From an uncultured Planctomycetaceae bacterium (GTDB taxonomy: Bacteria; Planctomycetota; Planctomycetia; Planctomycetales; Planctomycetaceae), in contig CAWFGE010000010.1 of the NCBI GenBank assembly GCA_963815195.1, positions 160,001 through 224,000 on the forward strand: DNA of 64,000 nt, given 5' to 3'. The notes below the pieces were generated by a model. The model was not told the origin of the DNA, did not search any database, and saw nothing but the letters and a program-made list of their open reading frames with translations. Positions within the stretch are counted from its first letter, which is position 1. Each line of letters opens with the position of its first letter. Of the stretch, positions 22,183 to 33,260 are shown piece after piece. The position numbers and the translations under genes were made by a program.

Positions 22183-23562
22183 TTATCCACCAGGTTTTTT
22201 CTTGCGAGTGAAGAGCAACACGATCAACAGCACCCCCACGCCCGCAACGACAGGGAACGCCACATAGCGGTCCGCCGGAAGTCGGCCCGTTTGATGCATC
22301 GGCAGGCGGGCCGCCAGGATGTCATCGTGACCGGGATAACGTCCTTCGGCCGCGATGCGGCCCGCGCCCCCCGCAAACGTGGAAATGCCTGAACTCGCGA
22401 GCCGGAACACGGGAATGCCGTATTCCCTGGCCCGCACGGGAACGAGTTTCGCATGAAGTTCGTGCTCCCACTCGCCCCAGGTGATCACGTCCACCGCCGG
22501 GATGATCAGCGCGTCGGCGTCCTGGCGGATCAACGGATCCATCAGCCGCGAATAGCTGAGGTCGTAACAGATGCCCACGCCCAATCGGCCCCAGGGTGAT
22601 TCCCACACCTGCTGCGTTTCGGCGGGAAGCCCGTCGTTGAAGAAGGGAATCGGCTGCGCTTTCGCCTGCCGAAACACGATCTTGCCCTCGGGCGAAACGA
22701 CGAAGATCGTGTCGTAAAACTCTTCGGAATCCGCGAGCGGATCCCGGCCGCCGGCCATCAGATATTTCTTGTGAAAAGCGCACCACGCCAGCACGCTCTC
22801 CGGGATCGGTCCGTCGAATGTGTATTCGCTCAACAGCAACAGATCGGCGTCGGGGGATTTGCGAATCATCAGATCCAAGCCCGCGAGGACTTGGGTCTCC
22901 GTGGGCGATTCCATTTGCATTCCCACCACGAGCGGCCCGTCGGCGGGTTCGTTTTGAACCGGGAAAGTGCAAATCCCGGCTCCCGCCGCCAGGCACGCCG
23001 CCAGCCAGAGAACACCCCACCGGCTGGGCAGCCGGTCGAAGACGGCGATCGCCAAGAGCACCAGAAAGCTGAATCCGTACACTCCGACCATGGCCAGCCC
23101 CGACCACCGCGGATCGGACAGAGCGAAACCGGGAATCAGCCAAGAGAAGCGGAGCGGATAAAGTTCGCTGCGAAAAAACTCCAAACCGAACCAGAGGAAC
23201 GGCAACAGCCATCCGCCGGACCTCGGCCAGCGGTCCAGAATCATTCGCCCCAACAACAGGTAGAAACCGAACCACAGCGCGAACACGCCCCACAGCCCGA
23301 TCGCTCCCCAACCGAAAATGCCGAACAGAAACCACAGATGCGGAACGCCGACGGCATACCCGAAGAGAAACCCCGCATAAAACGCCCAGCGCCGCGAGGG
23401 CAAGCGGGGCAGATAAAACATCGCGGCCAGGTACACCGCCACCAGAATCCCGGCGGGTTCCCAGAAGTAGGCGACGTGAAACGCCGTCAACCCGGCGGCC
23501 GCCCAGCCCGCGCTTTGCCAGCGCGTCAGAGCCGGAACCGCGGCGGGAATCGATTCACTCAT
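22183..23562 (-). CDS. lnt: Apolipoprotein N-acyltransferase-like protein (TM domain + CN-hydrolase)
   Basis: N-terminal TM helices, 'LEFFRS', nitrilase triad E ('LLSE'), K ('AKAQPIPF'), C ('ICYDL'). Confidence 0.7.
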   Translation of the reverse strand: MSESIPAAVPALTRWQSAGWAAAGLTAFHVAYFWEPAGILVAVYLAAMFYLPRLPSRRWAFYAGFLFGYAVGVPHLWFLFGIFGWGAIGLWGVFALWFGFYLLLGRMILDRWPRSGGWLLPFLWFGLEFFRSELYPLRFSWLIPGFALSDPRWSGLAMVGVYGFSFLVLLAIAVFDRLPSRWGVLWLAACLAAGAGICTFPVQNEPADGPLVVGMQMESPTETQVLAGLDLMIRKSPDADLLLLSEYTFDGPIPESVLAWCAFHKKYLMAGGRDPLADSEEFYDTIFVVSPEGKIVFRQAKAQPIPFFNDGLPAETQQVWESPWGRLGVGICYDLSYSRLMDPLIRQDADALIIPAVDVITWGEWEHELHAKLVPVRAREYGIPVFRLASSGISTFAGGAGRIAAEGRYPGHDDILAARLPMHQTGRLPADRYVAFPVVAGVGVLLIVLLFTRKKKPGG

Positions 23563-23670
23563 CTCGGCACCGCCCTTGCCTGCGATTGATTTCCCGTTTC
23601 GGTTGATGGAGAATCGAAAGGATTGATTCGGGAGCCCGAACTTCACCGAAGACAGGAATCGAGGAACAGC

Positions 23671-25218
23671 ATGAAATTCCCGCTGGCTTTATTATTATCC
23701 GCCATTTGTTTGCCGGTTCAATCCCCCCGCGTGCTCGAAGCCGCCGATTCGCCCCCGGCAAAGCCCAACGTCATCGTGTTTCTGGTGGACGACATGGGCG
23801 TGATGGACACGTCGGTGCCGTTTCTCACCGATAAGGCGGGCCGGCCGAAACGGTATCCGCTCAACGATTACTACCGCACGCCGAACATGGAGCGCCTCGC
23901 CGAGCGCGGGATTCGCTTCAACAACTTTTACGCCATGAGCGTCTGCTCGCCCACGCGGGTTTCGATTATGACAGGGCAGAACGCGGCCCGGCATCGCACG
24001 ACGAACTGGATCAACCCCGACAAAAATAATCGAGGCCCGTTCGGTCCACCGGACTGGGATTGGGCGGGGTTGGATCGTCACGATGTCACGTTGCCGCGGT
24101 TGCTCGAAGGGGCCGGTTATCGCACGATCCACGTGGGCAAAGGCCACTTTGGGAACCGCGCGTCGGAAGGAGCTGAGCCTTTGAATCTGGGCTTCGGCAT
24201 CAACATCGGCGGAGCGTCGTTTGGGTCGCCCGGCAGTTATTACGGTGAGCAGAAATATGGACTCGGAACTCGGCGAGCCAGCAGCGCGGTCCCAAATCTC
24301 GACAAATACCACGGCACCGAAACGTTTTTGACGGAAGCCCTCACCCTCGAAACCAAACCCCGCCTGACCCAGGCCGTCAAAGACGGCAATCCGTTTTATC
24401 TTTACATGGCCCATTACGCGGTGCATGCGCCCTTCCAGTCCGATCCGCGGTTCGCCGAGCATTATAAGAACTCGAAAAAATCCGCCCCGGCCCAGGCCTT
24501 CGCCACGCTGATCGAAGGCATGGACAAGTCGCTCGGCGACATTCTCGATCACCTGGATGAACTCGGCGTCGCGGAGAACACGCTGGTCTTCTTCCTCGGC
24601 GACAACGGGTCCGACGCTCCTTTGGGAGACCCGCACGCCGTCGCCTGTGCCGCCCCGTTGCGGGGAAAGAAAGGGGCGCACTACGAAGGCGGAATGCGGG
24701 TGCCGTTCATCGCGGCGTGGGCCAAGCCGAGCCCCGAAAACCCGCATCAAAAACGCCTGCCGATCGCTGTCGGAGCGATCCAAAGCCAGCAGGCCGCGGT
24801 TTATGATCTGTTCCCCACGATCCTCGCCGTCGCCGGCGTCGATGCTCCGAAGAATCACCCCCTCGACGGCTCCCGGTTGGATGGGCTGCTCACGGGGCAC
24901 GCCGATCCCGCCCGCGAGGAAAAATTCCTCATGCACTATCCGCATTCCCCGCATCGCAGCGACTACTTCACCTGTTACCGCCACGGGGATTGGAAGGTGA
25001 TCTATCACTACTATCCCTCCGAAGCCTCGGAAGGCTCGCATTATCAGCTTTATCACCTGGCCGAGGATCCCTTCGAGCAGAAGAACCTGGCGAAACAAGA
25101 ACCCGAACGCCTGCGGTCGATGGTGCGGGAACTCATCGCGGGCCTGGAGCAGCAGCACGCGCTCTACCCCGTGGAAAAAGACGGCAAGGCCCCCCGCAAA
25201 CCGCAACTGCCTGAGTGA
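23671..25218 (+). CDS. Sulfatase (Cys-type)
   Basis: Signal peptide, 'PNVIVFLVDDMG', 'CSPTRVSIMTG'. Confidence 0.93.
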   Translation: MKFPLALLLSAICLPVQSPRVLEAADSPPAKPNVIVFLVDDMGVMDTSVPFLTDKAGRPKRYPLNDYYRTPNMERLAERGIRFNNFYAMSVCSPTRVSIMTGQNAARHRTTNWINPDKNNRGPFGPPDWDWAGLDRHDVTLPRLLEGAGYRTIHVGKGHFGNRASEGAEPLNLGFGINIGGASFGSPGSYYGEQKYGLGTRRASSAVPNLDKYHGTETFLTEALTLETKPRLTQAVKDGNPFYLYMAHYAVHAPFQSDPRFAEHYKNSKKSAPAQAFATLIEGMDKSLGDILDHLDELGVAENTLVFFLGDNGSDAPLGDPHAVACAAPLRGKKGAHYEGGMRVPFIAAWAKPSPENPHQKRLPIAVGAIQSQQAAVYDLFPTILAVAGVDAPKNHPLDGSRLDGLLTGHADPAREEKFLMHYPHSPHRSDYFTCYRHGDWKVIYHYYPSEASEGSHYQLYHLAEDPFEQKNLAKQEPERLRSMVRELIAGLEQQHALYPVEKDGKAPRKPQLPE

Positions 25219-25293
25219 CCTCATTAGCCGCAGGGCGGTAGCCCCGGTTCGTTTAACTTAAAACCTGAAACTGCATCTTCGCCGGCTCTGTGA

Positions 25294-26334
25294 ATGTCTG
25301 ATTTAAATCTCACGAATGCCCCGCGTTGGCGGCGGCGGATTTTGATTTTCGCGGGCGTGTCCCTGTTGTTGGGATGGGCCGCGAGCTGCGCGCTGTTCGT
25401 GGACGAGACGGAATCCGTCATCGTCGAACGCTTCGGATCGATCTCGGCGATTTACGACCGGGACTCGGACCGGGGCCTGCACTTCAAACTGCCTTGGCCC
25501 GTCGAAAGAGCCCGGCGGTTCGACAACCGCGTGCAGTTCCTGAACCTCCCCGCGCGGGAAATCTTGACTCGCGATAAAAAGAACATCACTCTCGACGCCT
25601 ACGTCGCTTGGAAAATCGCCGACCCGAGCGCCGACCTCGAAACCGAATGGGACCGCCGGCCGATCGTGCGGTTTTTTCGGTCGCTAGGCGATCGGGAGAT
25701 CGCCGCCGCGCAATTGGAGACGCGGATCAACTCCGTATTGACGTCGCGGTTTGGACAGGTCGAACTGGATCGGTTGTTGGACGTGGAGGATTCCGAAGCC
25801 GGCCCGAATGCGGATTCGCCCGGCATGCTCCAAAAGCTGGCTGATGAGATCCGCGAAGAGGTGTCCCGTTCCCAGGCGGAGGAAAGCCTCAACGAGCAGT
25901 TGGGGATCGAGATTGTGGATGTGGGTTTTCAGCGGTTGAATTTTCCCGAAGGCAACCGGGCCGCGGTTTACGAGCGCATGCGGAGCGAACGCCGGAAGAT
26001 GGCCGACCGCTACCGCGCGGAGGGACTCGCCGAGAGCAAACTGATCCACAGCCAGGCGGAATTGTGGGCGGTGACGCTTTTGGCGCGGGCCAAAGCGGAC
26101 GCCGAGCGAATCCGCGGCGAAGCCGAGGCCGAGGCCACGCGGGTGCTCAACGCGGCACATTTGCAGGACCGGGAATTTTACGCGCTGCTCCGCACGCTGG
26201 ACGGTTATCGTCGGATCATCAACCCGAACACCACCCTGGTCCTCTCGGCGTCAAGCCGATTGTTAAAACTCCTCACCGAAGGACTCCCGGAGACCGAAAA
26301 CACGGAACGCGTCACCCGCCCGTCATCTCAGTAG
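25294..26334 (+). CDS. hflC: SPFH/Band 7 protease modulator HflC
   Basis: TM anchor, 'GLHFKLPWP', 'LTRDKKNI', 'VYERMRSER', 'FYALLRTL'. Confidence 0.85.
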   Translation: MSDLNLTNAPRWRRRILIFAGVSLLLGWAASCALFVDETESVIVERFGSISAIYDRDSDRGLHFKLPWPVERARRFDNRVQFLNLPAREILTRDKKNITLDAYVAWKIADPSADLETEWDRRPIVRFFRSLGDREIAAAQLETRINSVLTSRFGQVELDRLLDVEDSEAGPNADSPGMLQKLADEIREEVSRSQAEESLNEQLGIEIVDVGFQRLNFPEGNRAAVYERMRSERRKMADRYRAEGLAESKLIHSQAELWAVTLLARAKADAERIRGEAEAEATRVLNAAHLQDREFYALLRTLDGYRRIINPNTTLVLSASSRLLKLLTEGLPETENTERVTRPSSQ

Positions 26335-26799
26335 TTCCAAAACGTTTGAAGAATTGTTTCGATTTTCTTGCGCCTCGCAAAGCAGTTTTTAGTTTTTCAG
26401 TAGTTCCGAATTTCGTGTGATTGTGGTGCAACCATTACGGCAGCATTGGCAGACGAGACGCCTGCACCAACAGGATTTAGGGCCGAAGGCCCGGCCCTAT
26501 GTCAGCCCAGGGCAAGCGCAGCGCCGCCCTGGGTTATGAATGATGATTGAAGCGCAAGCCCCAACGGGGCGGCGGATGTGGCACACTTCTCCAGTTTAGG
26601 ACCGCCCCGCGGGGGCTTTTGCATTTTGTTCGTTCCCGTTCCCAGGGCTGACTGACATAGAGCCGGACCTTCGGTCCTTATTTCGTAATTTGGAACGATT
26701 GGAATTCCAATACCGCTTACTTCGTGCGCAGGCTCATTCGTTTTTTGTTCCAATACCGCTTACTTCCTGCGCGGCTCATTCGTTTTTTGGAATTACTGA
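26328..26799. mobile_element. Composite MITE/REP-like element bounded by TCAGTAGTTCCAAAA inverted ends
   Basis: tcagtagttccaaaa (26328) and ttttttggaattactga (26783-26799). It contains a ~200-bp palindromic unit (26478-26680) and a 43/42-bp tandem repeat (26705-26789). Confidence 0.6.
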
Positions 26800-26821
26800 A
26801 GCTGGGAAAGAATCTCAAGAA

Positions 26822-27623
26822 TTACGCGGCGGCGTCTTCCGATTCTGCCGCGGGATCGCTTTCCGGTTCGGCTTCCGCCGGTGATTCGGCGTCTACTTGT
26901 TCGGCTTCCGCCGCGTCGAATGGCGCTTGCGGTTTGCGGCGGAGGGTGTTCGCCATCGGCAGGTCGTCCAGCGACCGCATGCCGAACAGTTCCAGGAATT
27001 TCTTCGTCGTGTCGTAGAGATACGGCCGGCCCAAGGAATCTTCTTCGCCGCAGATCCGCACCAGCCCGCGCTCCATCAACTGCTTGAGCATCTCCGCGCA
27101 CTGCACGCCGCGAACCGCTTCGATGTCGGCCCGCGTGATCGGCTGCCGGTAGGCCACGATGGTCAACGTCTCCATCGCCGGCGAGGAGAGTTTCAGTTCA
27201 TTCTGCCGCTCGTGCAGCTTGTCGAGCCAAGGCGAATACGGCGGACGGGTCAAAAGTTGATACCCGGTCGCCACCCGCTCGATGCGGAACGGCGAGCCGT
27301 CGGCATCGTAAAAGTCATTGAGTTCTTCCAGAAGCCGGCGCGCCTCGGCGGCGTCGGCGAGCGTGGCAGCTTGCACCAGCTTGCGGATCGATAGCGCCTC
27401 CGTCCGCGACGAACAGCACCGCTTCCAGCCGGGCCAACTTTTCCGACCGCACGCCGGGCGAACCGGGCGAACTGGGCGAACCGCCGAGCGGATCGGTCTC
27501 GCTCGGCCGCCGGCACCAAAACGCCCACGTCCAGCCGTTCGCATCCGCGGCAACAGGAAGCGAACGCTCCGAGACCGATCGCGTCCCCCATTCCGCCGCC
27601 CATTCGCCGCCCGTCCATTCCAT
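26822..27623 (-). CDS. scpB: SMC-Scp complex subunit ScpB, frameshift near 27395
   Basis: '[12 protein letters not shown]' then '[29 protein letters not shown]', '[17 protein letters not shown]'. Confidence 0.9.
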
Positions 27624-27678
27624 GATGCCACCCCGCTGTTGTTTTGGACCTGTTTGAGACTCGGGTTTCGCATCCGCC

Positions 27679-28732
27679 TCAGTTGCGGGCGGTCCACGAC
27701 TCGACCTGCTCGAGGACTTTTCGCACGGCTTCCAACGGTTCCGCGGCCTCGGCTTCGAAGCGGCGGCTGATCCGCGGATTCCCGGATGGGCTATAAGTGC
27801 AGCGGAAGAGAAACTGCTGCCCCGCGGGATCGGGTTCCAGGTAGTACCGCTCGATTCCCAACGCCTGTAGCCGGACTCGCGCCGTGCGCCAGGTCAACGG
27901 CTCTGGCGGCTGCTTGATCGCAGGGATCGAGTTGGCGGGCGGAGAGGAAGCGGCCGGAGGAGTCGGCGCGAGGGACGGTTCCAACGCCGCCGTTTGTTTC
28001 GGGGCCGGTTCCGCATTCGGCGAGCCGAACAGCGTGCCGGGTGTCTTGGGCGTCTCGTTGGTGCGAGCTCCCGTGGGGGGATTGTCAAACGCAGTCTCGA
28101 CGACCGGCACCGTCGCATTCGCGGTTTCCGTCGGCGGCGGACCGGACCCTTCCAAATTCGCGAACGGATTTTTCGCTTCCGCCAAGACATCGCCGGGCAG
28201 TCCTTGCCGCGGTTCCGGCGGAAGGGAAGCGCGCCGGTGCGGAAGTCTCAGCCGCTTGCTCTTGGACCGTCCAGCCCTCGAGCGGTGTCTGCGGGTCGGT
28301 TTGCGTCGGGTTGACGGCTTGCCTCAAAAGCGGCTTTTCCTCAAGGGGTTGCTCGGCTGGCGACACGCGGACGGGGGCCTCGAAGGGATCCTCCCAGGAA
28401 CCATCGTGCGAAACAACCAGCGAGGCGTTTCGAAGATGAGGGTTTTGAGCCTGGGCGGGTGTTTGGGAGGCGGTGTCGTCGCTCTTCATCCGCAAATCGA
28501 CCGCGGGTTGGGTCGTCACGGGAGCAAACAGGTCCTCCGCGGAATGCCGGCCGCTGTGGGAATGCCCGATTTCGGATTCCAAGAGCGGCGGGGACAAATC
28601 GGGGATGGGAAGATTCTCGCCGCGGGATTTGGCCGCAAGCCAGGGAACGCCGAACCCCGCCAAAAACGGGACCGCCAACAGCGGAACGAACATTAACAAC
28701 GTGGCCATCAAACCAGGAGCTTTGGAACGCAT
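27679..28732 (-). CDS. Hypothetical membrane-anchored Pro-rich protein, frameshift near 28195
   Basis: N-terminal hydrophobic helix in ORF 28085..28732; globular C-terminus '[12 protein letters not shown]...[19 protein letters not shown]' in ORF 27679..28185. Confidence 0.6.
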
Positions 28733-29052
28733 AAGCGGGGAACCTCCATGCTCAGCCGCGAATCGGTCACCAGGGAAACGGCCTCATTCGCATGCCGGCC
28801 CGATGATCGAAAACCGGCCGGGTCGAATGGGGCGTTCCGAATTATGCACTTTGCATGCCAAGCATTTCTCTTCTTGCCGCGGCCGCGCAAATTGGCATCG
28901 GATGTGCTTCTCATACAGGCATTCCGAAAAATCGCGGCACAAAATGCCCGAAACCAGCGCCTTTTTGCCGCGGCGGATCGGATCGCGCCGCGAAGGAATG
29001 TAAGTTTTACAACCCACTTTGCAATCTGTGCCGCGAGGAAAGGCGAGTCACG

Positions 29053-29907
29053 ATGGAGAACACTTTCAATTTTCACCGTGAACTTTTCTGGAAAGGGAGC
29101 CTGCTCTTATTCTCCCTATGTGCCGGGGCATTGCCGCAATTCGATCCGCAGCGGACCGTACGGGCCCAGGAACAAACGCCCCCGGCTCAAGACGTATCGC
29201 AGGCCAAGGAAATTCCGCCGGACCATCCGCTCACAGGCGTGCTTAGGCTCGCGAAGGCCAGCCGGGAGCGGATCAAAGCGGTCCCGGAATACGAATGCCG
29301 GTTCTTTAAGCGGGACCTGGTCAACGGCCGAGTCTATACCCATTCAACCCGAGTAAAGTTCCGCGCAAAGCCTTTGAGCGTTTACATGCGGTTCGATCAA
29401 CCCGCCGCGGGCCGCGAGGTGATCTATGTGGAAGGTCAAAACGGCGGCAAGCTGCTCGCGCACGAACCCGGGATCGGGGCGCTGGTGGGCACGATCGCGA
29501 TTCCGCCCAACAGTCCGCAGGCCCTCTCGGAAAGCCGGCATCCGATCTCCGAGTTCGGCATGGAAAATCTGTTAAACGGGGCCATCGACCAATGGGAAGG
29601 CGAAGCCCAGTTCGCCGCGGCCGAAACCGAAGCGAAATACTACCCCAAGGCCAAACTCCACAAGATGGAATGCCAGGTGATCGAAACCCGGCACCCGGTG
29701 CAGCGGCGGCAGTTTCCGTTCTATATGACCCGGCTGTACATCGACAACAAGACCCTGCTCCCGGTGCGGCTCGAGCAATACGGCTTTCCCCGAAAAGCCG
29801 GCGAAAAACCGCCGCTGATCGAGGAATACACCTACTATGAAGTCCGCCCCAACGCCGAGCTGAGCGACCGCGATTTCGATCCCCGCAACCCCGGCTACGG
29901 TTTTTAG
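29053..29907 (+). CDS. DUF1571 family protein
   Basis: 'KFRAKPLSVYM', 'GREVIYVEGQN', 'SRHPISEFG', 'LIEEYTY', 'DFDPRNPGYGF'. Confidence 0.88.
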   Translation: MENTFNFHRELFWKGSLLLFSLCAGALPQFDPQRTVRAQEQTPPAQDVSQAKEIPPDHPLTGVLRLAKASRERIKAVPEYECRFFKRDLVNGRVYTHSTRVKFRAKPLSVYMRFDQPAAGREVIYVEGQNGGKLLAHEPGIGALVGTIAIPPNSPQALSESRHPISEFGMENLLNGAIDQWEGEAQFAAAETEAKYYPKAKLHKMECQVIETRHPVQRRQFPFYMTRLYIDNKTLLPVRLEQYGFPRKAGEKPPLIEEYTYYEVRPNAELSDRDFDPRNPGYGF

Positions 29908-29931
29908 ACATCGCTTCGCAACGAACCAAAT

Positions 29932-29967
29932 AAAAGCCGTCGTAAGCCCCGCTTCCGACGGCTTTTT
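29932..29967. terminator. Intrinsic terminator after the DUF1571 gene
   Basis: aaaagccgtcg / cgacggctttt stem with A and T tails. Confidence 0.7.
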
Positions 29968-30090
29968 GCATGCGCTATAAGGAGCGAACCGCTGCGCACG
30001 GTGGAAAAAGCGATGCCTTGCTGAAACAATAAACAACCTGAAGTCTTTCCATCCGGTTCAATTTTTCTCCTTTCCGTTACGGGGGCAATT

Positions 30091-31593
30091 GTGGCTTTGC
30101 AACGATTCCACCAATTCCATCGCATGATTTGGACGGTGCTTTTCGGCGCGCTCGTTTTGAGTTTCCCCGAATCCCACAACACCTTCGCGGCGGAAGCGGC
30201 TCAAGACCGCCCCAATCTGTTGATCATTCTCTGCGATGACTTGGGCTACGGCGATTTGGCGTGCTATGGGCATCCGCATATCCAATCGCCTAACCTGGAC
30301 AAGCTCGCCGCGACGGGAATTCGTTTGACCTCCTGCTACTCCTCGGCTCCGGTGTGCTCGCCTTCACGGGTGGGTTTGCTCACCGGCCGCAGTCCCAACC
30401 GGGCCGGCGTCTATGACTGGATTCCCGAAGCCGGCGGAGTTCGGCCCGACGCCCGCGACCAGGTCCACATGCGGAGCGAAGAAACCACGATCGCCCGCTT
30501 GCTCAAACAGGCCGGCTATGCCACCTGCCAGGCGGGGAAATGGCACTGCAACAGCCATTTCAATTCGCCCGAGCAGCCGCAACCGGGCAATTTCGGGTTC
30601 GACCATTGGTTCGCCACGCAAAACAACGCCGCCCCCTCGCACGAGAATCCGATGAACTTCGTGCGAAACGGCGAGGCCGTCGGGAAGCTGGAAGGTTTTA
30701 GTTGCCAACTCGTCGCGGACGAGGCCATCCGCTGGCTGGAAAATCACGCGAAGACATCGCCGAACCAGCCGTTCTTTCTTTTCACCGCGTTCCACGAACC
30801 GCACGAACCGATCGCCTCGCCGCGGGAGTTGGTCGCGAAGTATAAAGCCCTCGCCAAGAACGAAGACGAGGCCCAGTTTTTCGCGAATGTGGAGAACATG
30901 GACAACGCCGCGGGCCGATTGCTGAATACGCTCGAAAAACTCGGCCAGCGCGAGAACACGCTGATTTTCTTCACCGCGGACAACGGCCCGGAAACCTTGA
31001 ACCGCTACCGCGGAGCCAAACGGTCTTACGGCCGGCCGGGACCGCTCAGGGGCATGAAGCTTTGGACCACCGACGGCGGCTTTCGCGTGGCGGGGATCAT
31101 CAACTGGCCCGCGAAGATCCAAAAGCCGTTCGTGTCGGATGAGCCGGTATCCGCGCTCGATCTGCTGCCGACCTTTTGCCGGCTCGCGGGCACCAAGCCG
31201 CCGGAGAACCTCAACCTCGACGGCAGCATTTTTCTGCCCGTTCTCGACGGCAAGCCGATCGAACGGAAAAAGCCGCTGTTCTGGTGCTATTTCAACGCCC
31301 TCAACGAGCACCGCATGGCCATGCGCGACGGCGAGTGGAAAATGCTCGCAAAGATCAATCACGGCAAGCTGCCCAAGTTCGTCAACATCAATGACAGAAA
31401 CATCGACACCGTCCGCTCGGCGACGCTCACCGATTATGAGCTGTACCGGATCACGAACGACATCGGCGAGGAACAGAACATCATCGACCAGCATCCCCAT
31501 GAAGCCGCAAAGCTGAAAAAGAAACTCGAATCCATTTATAAAGAACTCGCGGACACCTCCCACGTCTGGACCACGAAACCGGCGGCCAGATAA
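30091..31593 (+). CDS. Sulfatase (Cys-type)
   Basis: 'DDLGYGD', 'CSPSRVGLLTG', 'GKWH'. Confidence 0.93.
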   Translation: MALQRFHQFHRMIWTVLFGALVLSFPESHNTFAAEAAQDRPNLLIILCDDLGYGDLACYGHPHIQSPNLDKLAATGIRLTSCYSSAPVCSPSRVGLLTGRSPNRAGVYDWIPEAGGVRPDARDQVHMRSEETTIARLLKQAGYATCQAGKWHCNSHFNSPEQPQPGNFGFDHWFATQNNAAPSHENPMNFVRNGEAVGKLEGFSCQLVADEAIRWLENHAKTSPNQPFFLFTAFHEPHEPIASPRELVAKYKALAKNEDEAQFFANVENMDNAAGRLLNTLEKLGQRENTLIFFTADNGPETLNRYRGAKRSYGRPGPLRGMKLWTTDGGFRVAGIINWPAKIQKPFVSDEPVSALDLLPTFCRLAGTKPPENLNLDGSIFLPVLDGKPIERKKPLFWCYFNALNEHRMAMRDGEWKMLAKINHGKLPKFVNINDRNIDTVRSATLTDYELYRITNDIGEEQNIIDQHPHEAAKLKKKLESIYKELADTSHVWTTKPAAR

Positions 31594-33147
31594 GTGGAAC
31601 CACGAATGAATGACACAATTGAAAAACCTGCCTGCAAATTGGAGCGAACCATGTTAGTTTCCCGCCTGTTGATTTCGCTGTGTGTGTTGGCTTCGATTTT
31701 GTTAAATTCCTCGCCTGTTCGCGCGGCGAAGCCGAATGTGGTGCTGATTATCGCGGATGACTTGGGCTATCGCGAATTGGGCTGTTTTGGGCAGAAGCGG
31801 ATTAAAACGCCCCACCTCGATCAGTTGGCGAAGGAGGGGATGCGGCTGACGCAGCACTATGCCGGGAACGCTGTGTGTGCTCCGTCGCGGTGCGTGCTGC
31901 TCACGGGGAAGCATCCCGGGCACGCATATATCCGCACGAACAAATCCACGCCGCCGGAAGGCCAGGAACCGATCCCCGACAGCGAAGTCACGCTCCCGGA
32001 ACTGATGCACGCGGAAGGCTACGTCACCGGGGCGTTCGGCAAATGGGGGCTGGGCGGGCCGGATTCTTCGGGTCTGCCTCTCCGTCAGGGCGTCGATCGC
32101 TTCTTCGGCTATCTCTGCCAGGCCAAGGCCCACACATATTATCCGCCGTCCCTGTGGGACGACAACGAACGGCTGATGCTCAAAAACAATCCCCCCGTGC
32201 CGGGGCACGGGGGTCTCGCCCAGGGAACCGATCCGCTCGATCCCAAGAGCTATAACCAATACAAGGGACAGGATTACGCGCCGGAGCGGATCAATCAGCA
32301 GGCCTTGGCCTTCATCCGGGACAACAAGCACCGCCCGTTCTTTTTGTACTATCCGACGATCATCCCGCACGTCGCGCTCCAGGTGCCCGATGAGGATCTC
32401 AAGCCCTACCTGGAACTCGGCTGGAAGGATCCGCCGTTCACCCGCGACAAAGGCGGCTACACGCCGCACTTCACGCCCCGGGCCGCGTATGCGGCGATGA
32501 TTTCGCGGATGGATCAAAACGTCGGCCGGGTGCTCAAACTGTTGGATGAACTCAAACTCGCCGACAATACGATCGTGATCTTCAGTTCGGACAACGGCAC
32601 GACGCATCTGGACCAGGAAGTGGATTACACGTTCTTCAGCAGCGTGGGCGAATTGCGGGGGCTCAAGGGTTCGCTCTACGAAGGCGGCGTGCGGGTGCCC
32701 ACGATCGTCCGCTGGCCGGGCCACGTTCCCGCCGGCACCACGAGCGATCGCGTGAGCGGGTTTGAAGACTGGATCCCCACGCTCTTGGAATTGGTCGGAG
32801 CGAAAGATCGAGCGCCCAAAAACATCGACGGCATCAGCCTCGCTCCGACGCTCCTGGGCCGATCCCAACCGCCCCGCCCGTTTTTGTACCGCGAGTTTCC
32901 CAGCTACGGCGGCCAGCAGTCCGTCCGCGTGGGCGATTGGAAAGCCATCCGCCAGAACATGACCCAAGGCAACCTGGACATCGAGCTTTACAATCTCACC
33001 GAGGACATCGGCGAACAGCACAACGTCGCCAGGCAGCACCCCGACATGGTGGAAAAACTCGCGAAGATCATGAAAGAACAGCACACGCGTTCGAAGCTGT
33101 TCCCGCTGATCCCCGTCGATGCCCCGGCGAAGAAACCCAAAAAGTGA
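31594..33147 (+). CDS. Arylsulfatase (Cys-type)
   Basis: 'PNVVLIIADDLGY', 'CAPSRCVLLTG'; the true start may be at 31606 or 31651. Confidence 0.92.
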   Translation: MEPRMNDTIEKPACKLERTMLVSRLLISLCVLASILLNSSPVRAAKPNVVLIIADDLGYRELGCFGQKRIKTPHLDQLAKEGMRLTQHYAGNAVCAPSRCVLLTGKHPGHAYIRTNKSTPPEGQEPIPDSEVTLPELMHAEGYVTGAFGKWGLGGPDSSGLPLRQGVDRFFGYLCQAKAHTYYPPSLWDDNERLMLKNNPPVPGHGGLAQGTDPLDPKSYNQYKGQDYAPERINQQALAFIRDNKHRPFFLYYPTIIPHVALQVPDEDLKPYLELGWKDPPFTRDKGGYTPHFTPRAAYAAMISRMDQNVGRVLKLLDELKLADNTIVIFSSDNGTTHLDQEVDYTFFSSVGELRGLKGSLYEGGVRVPTIVRWPGHVPAGTTSDRVSGFEDWIPTLLELVGAKDRAPKNIDGISLAPTLLGRSQPPRPFLYREFPSYGGQQSVRVGDWKAIRQNMTQGNLDIELYNLTEDIGEQHNVARQHPDMVEKLAKIMKEQHTRSKLFPLIPVDAPAKKPKK

Positions 33148-33260
33148 GACAAATCCAGTTTAATTGCCGCGGCGGTCCAATCGATCTTTCCCGGTCTCGC
33201 CCTGTGATTTTGGCTGGTTCCCGCCCGGACAACGCGGTAGAATCCGTGCCGATTCCAAAA

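Noticed and set aside
26705..26789. Direct repeats as a mini CRISPR array
   Set aside because: Two adjacent copies with no spacer and no cas genes; the unit belongs to a REP-like family.
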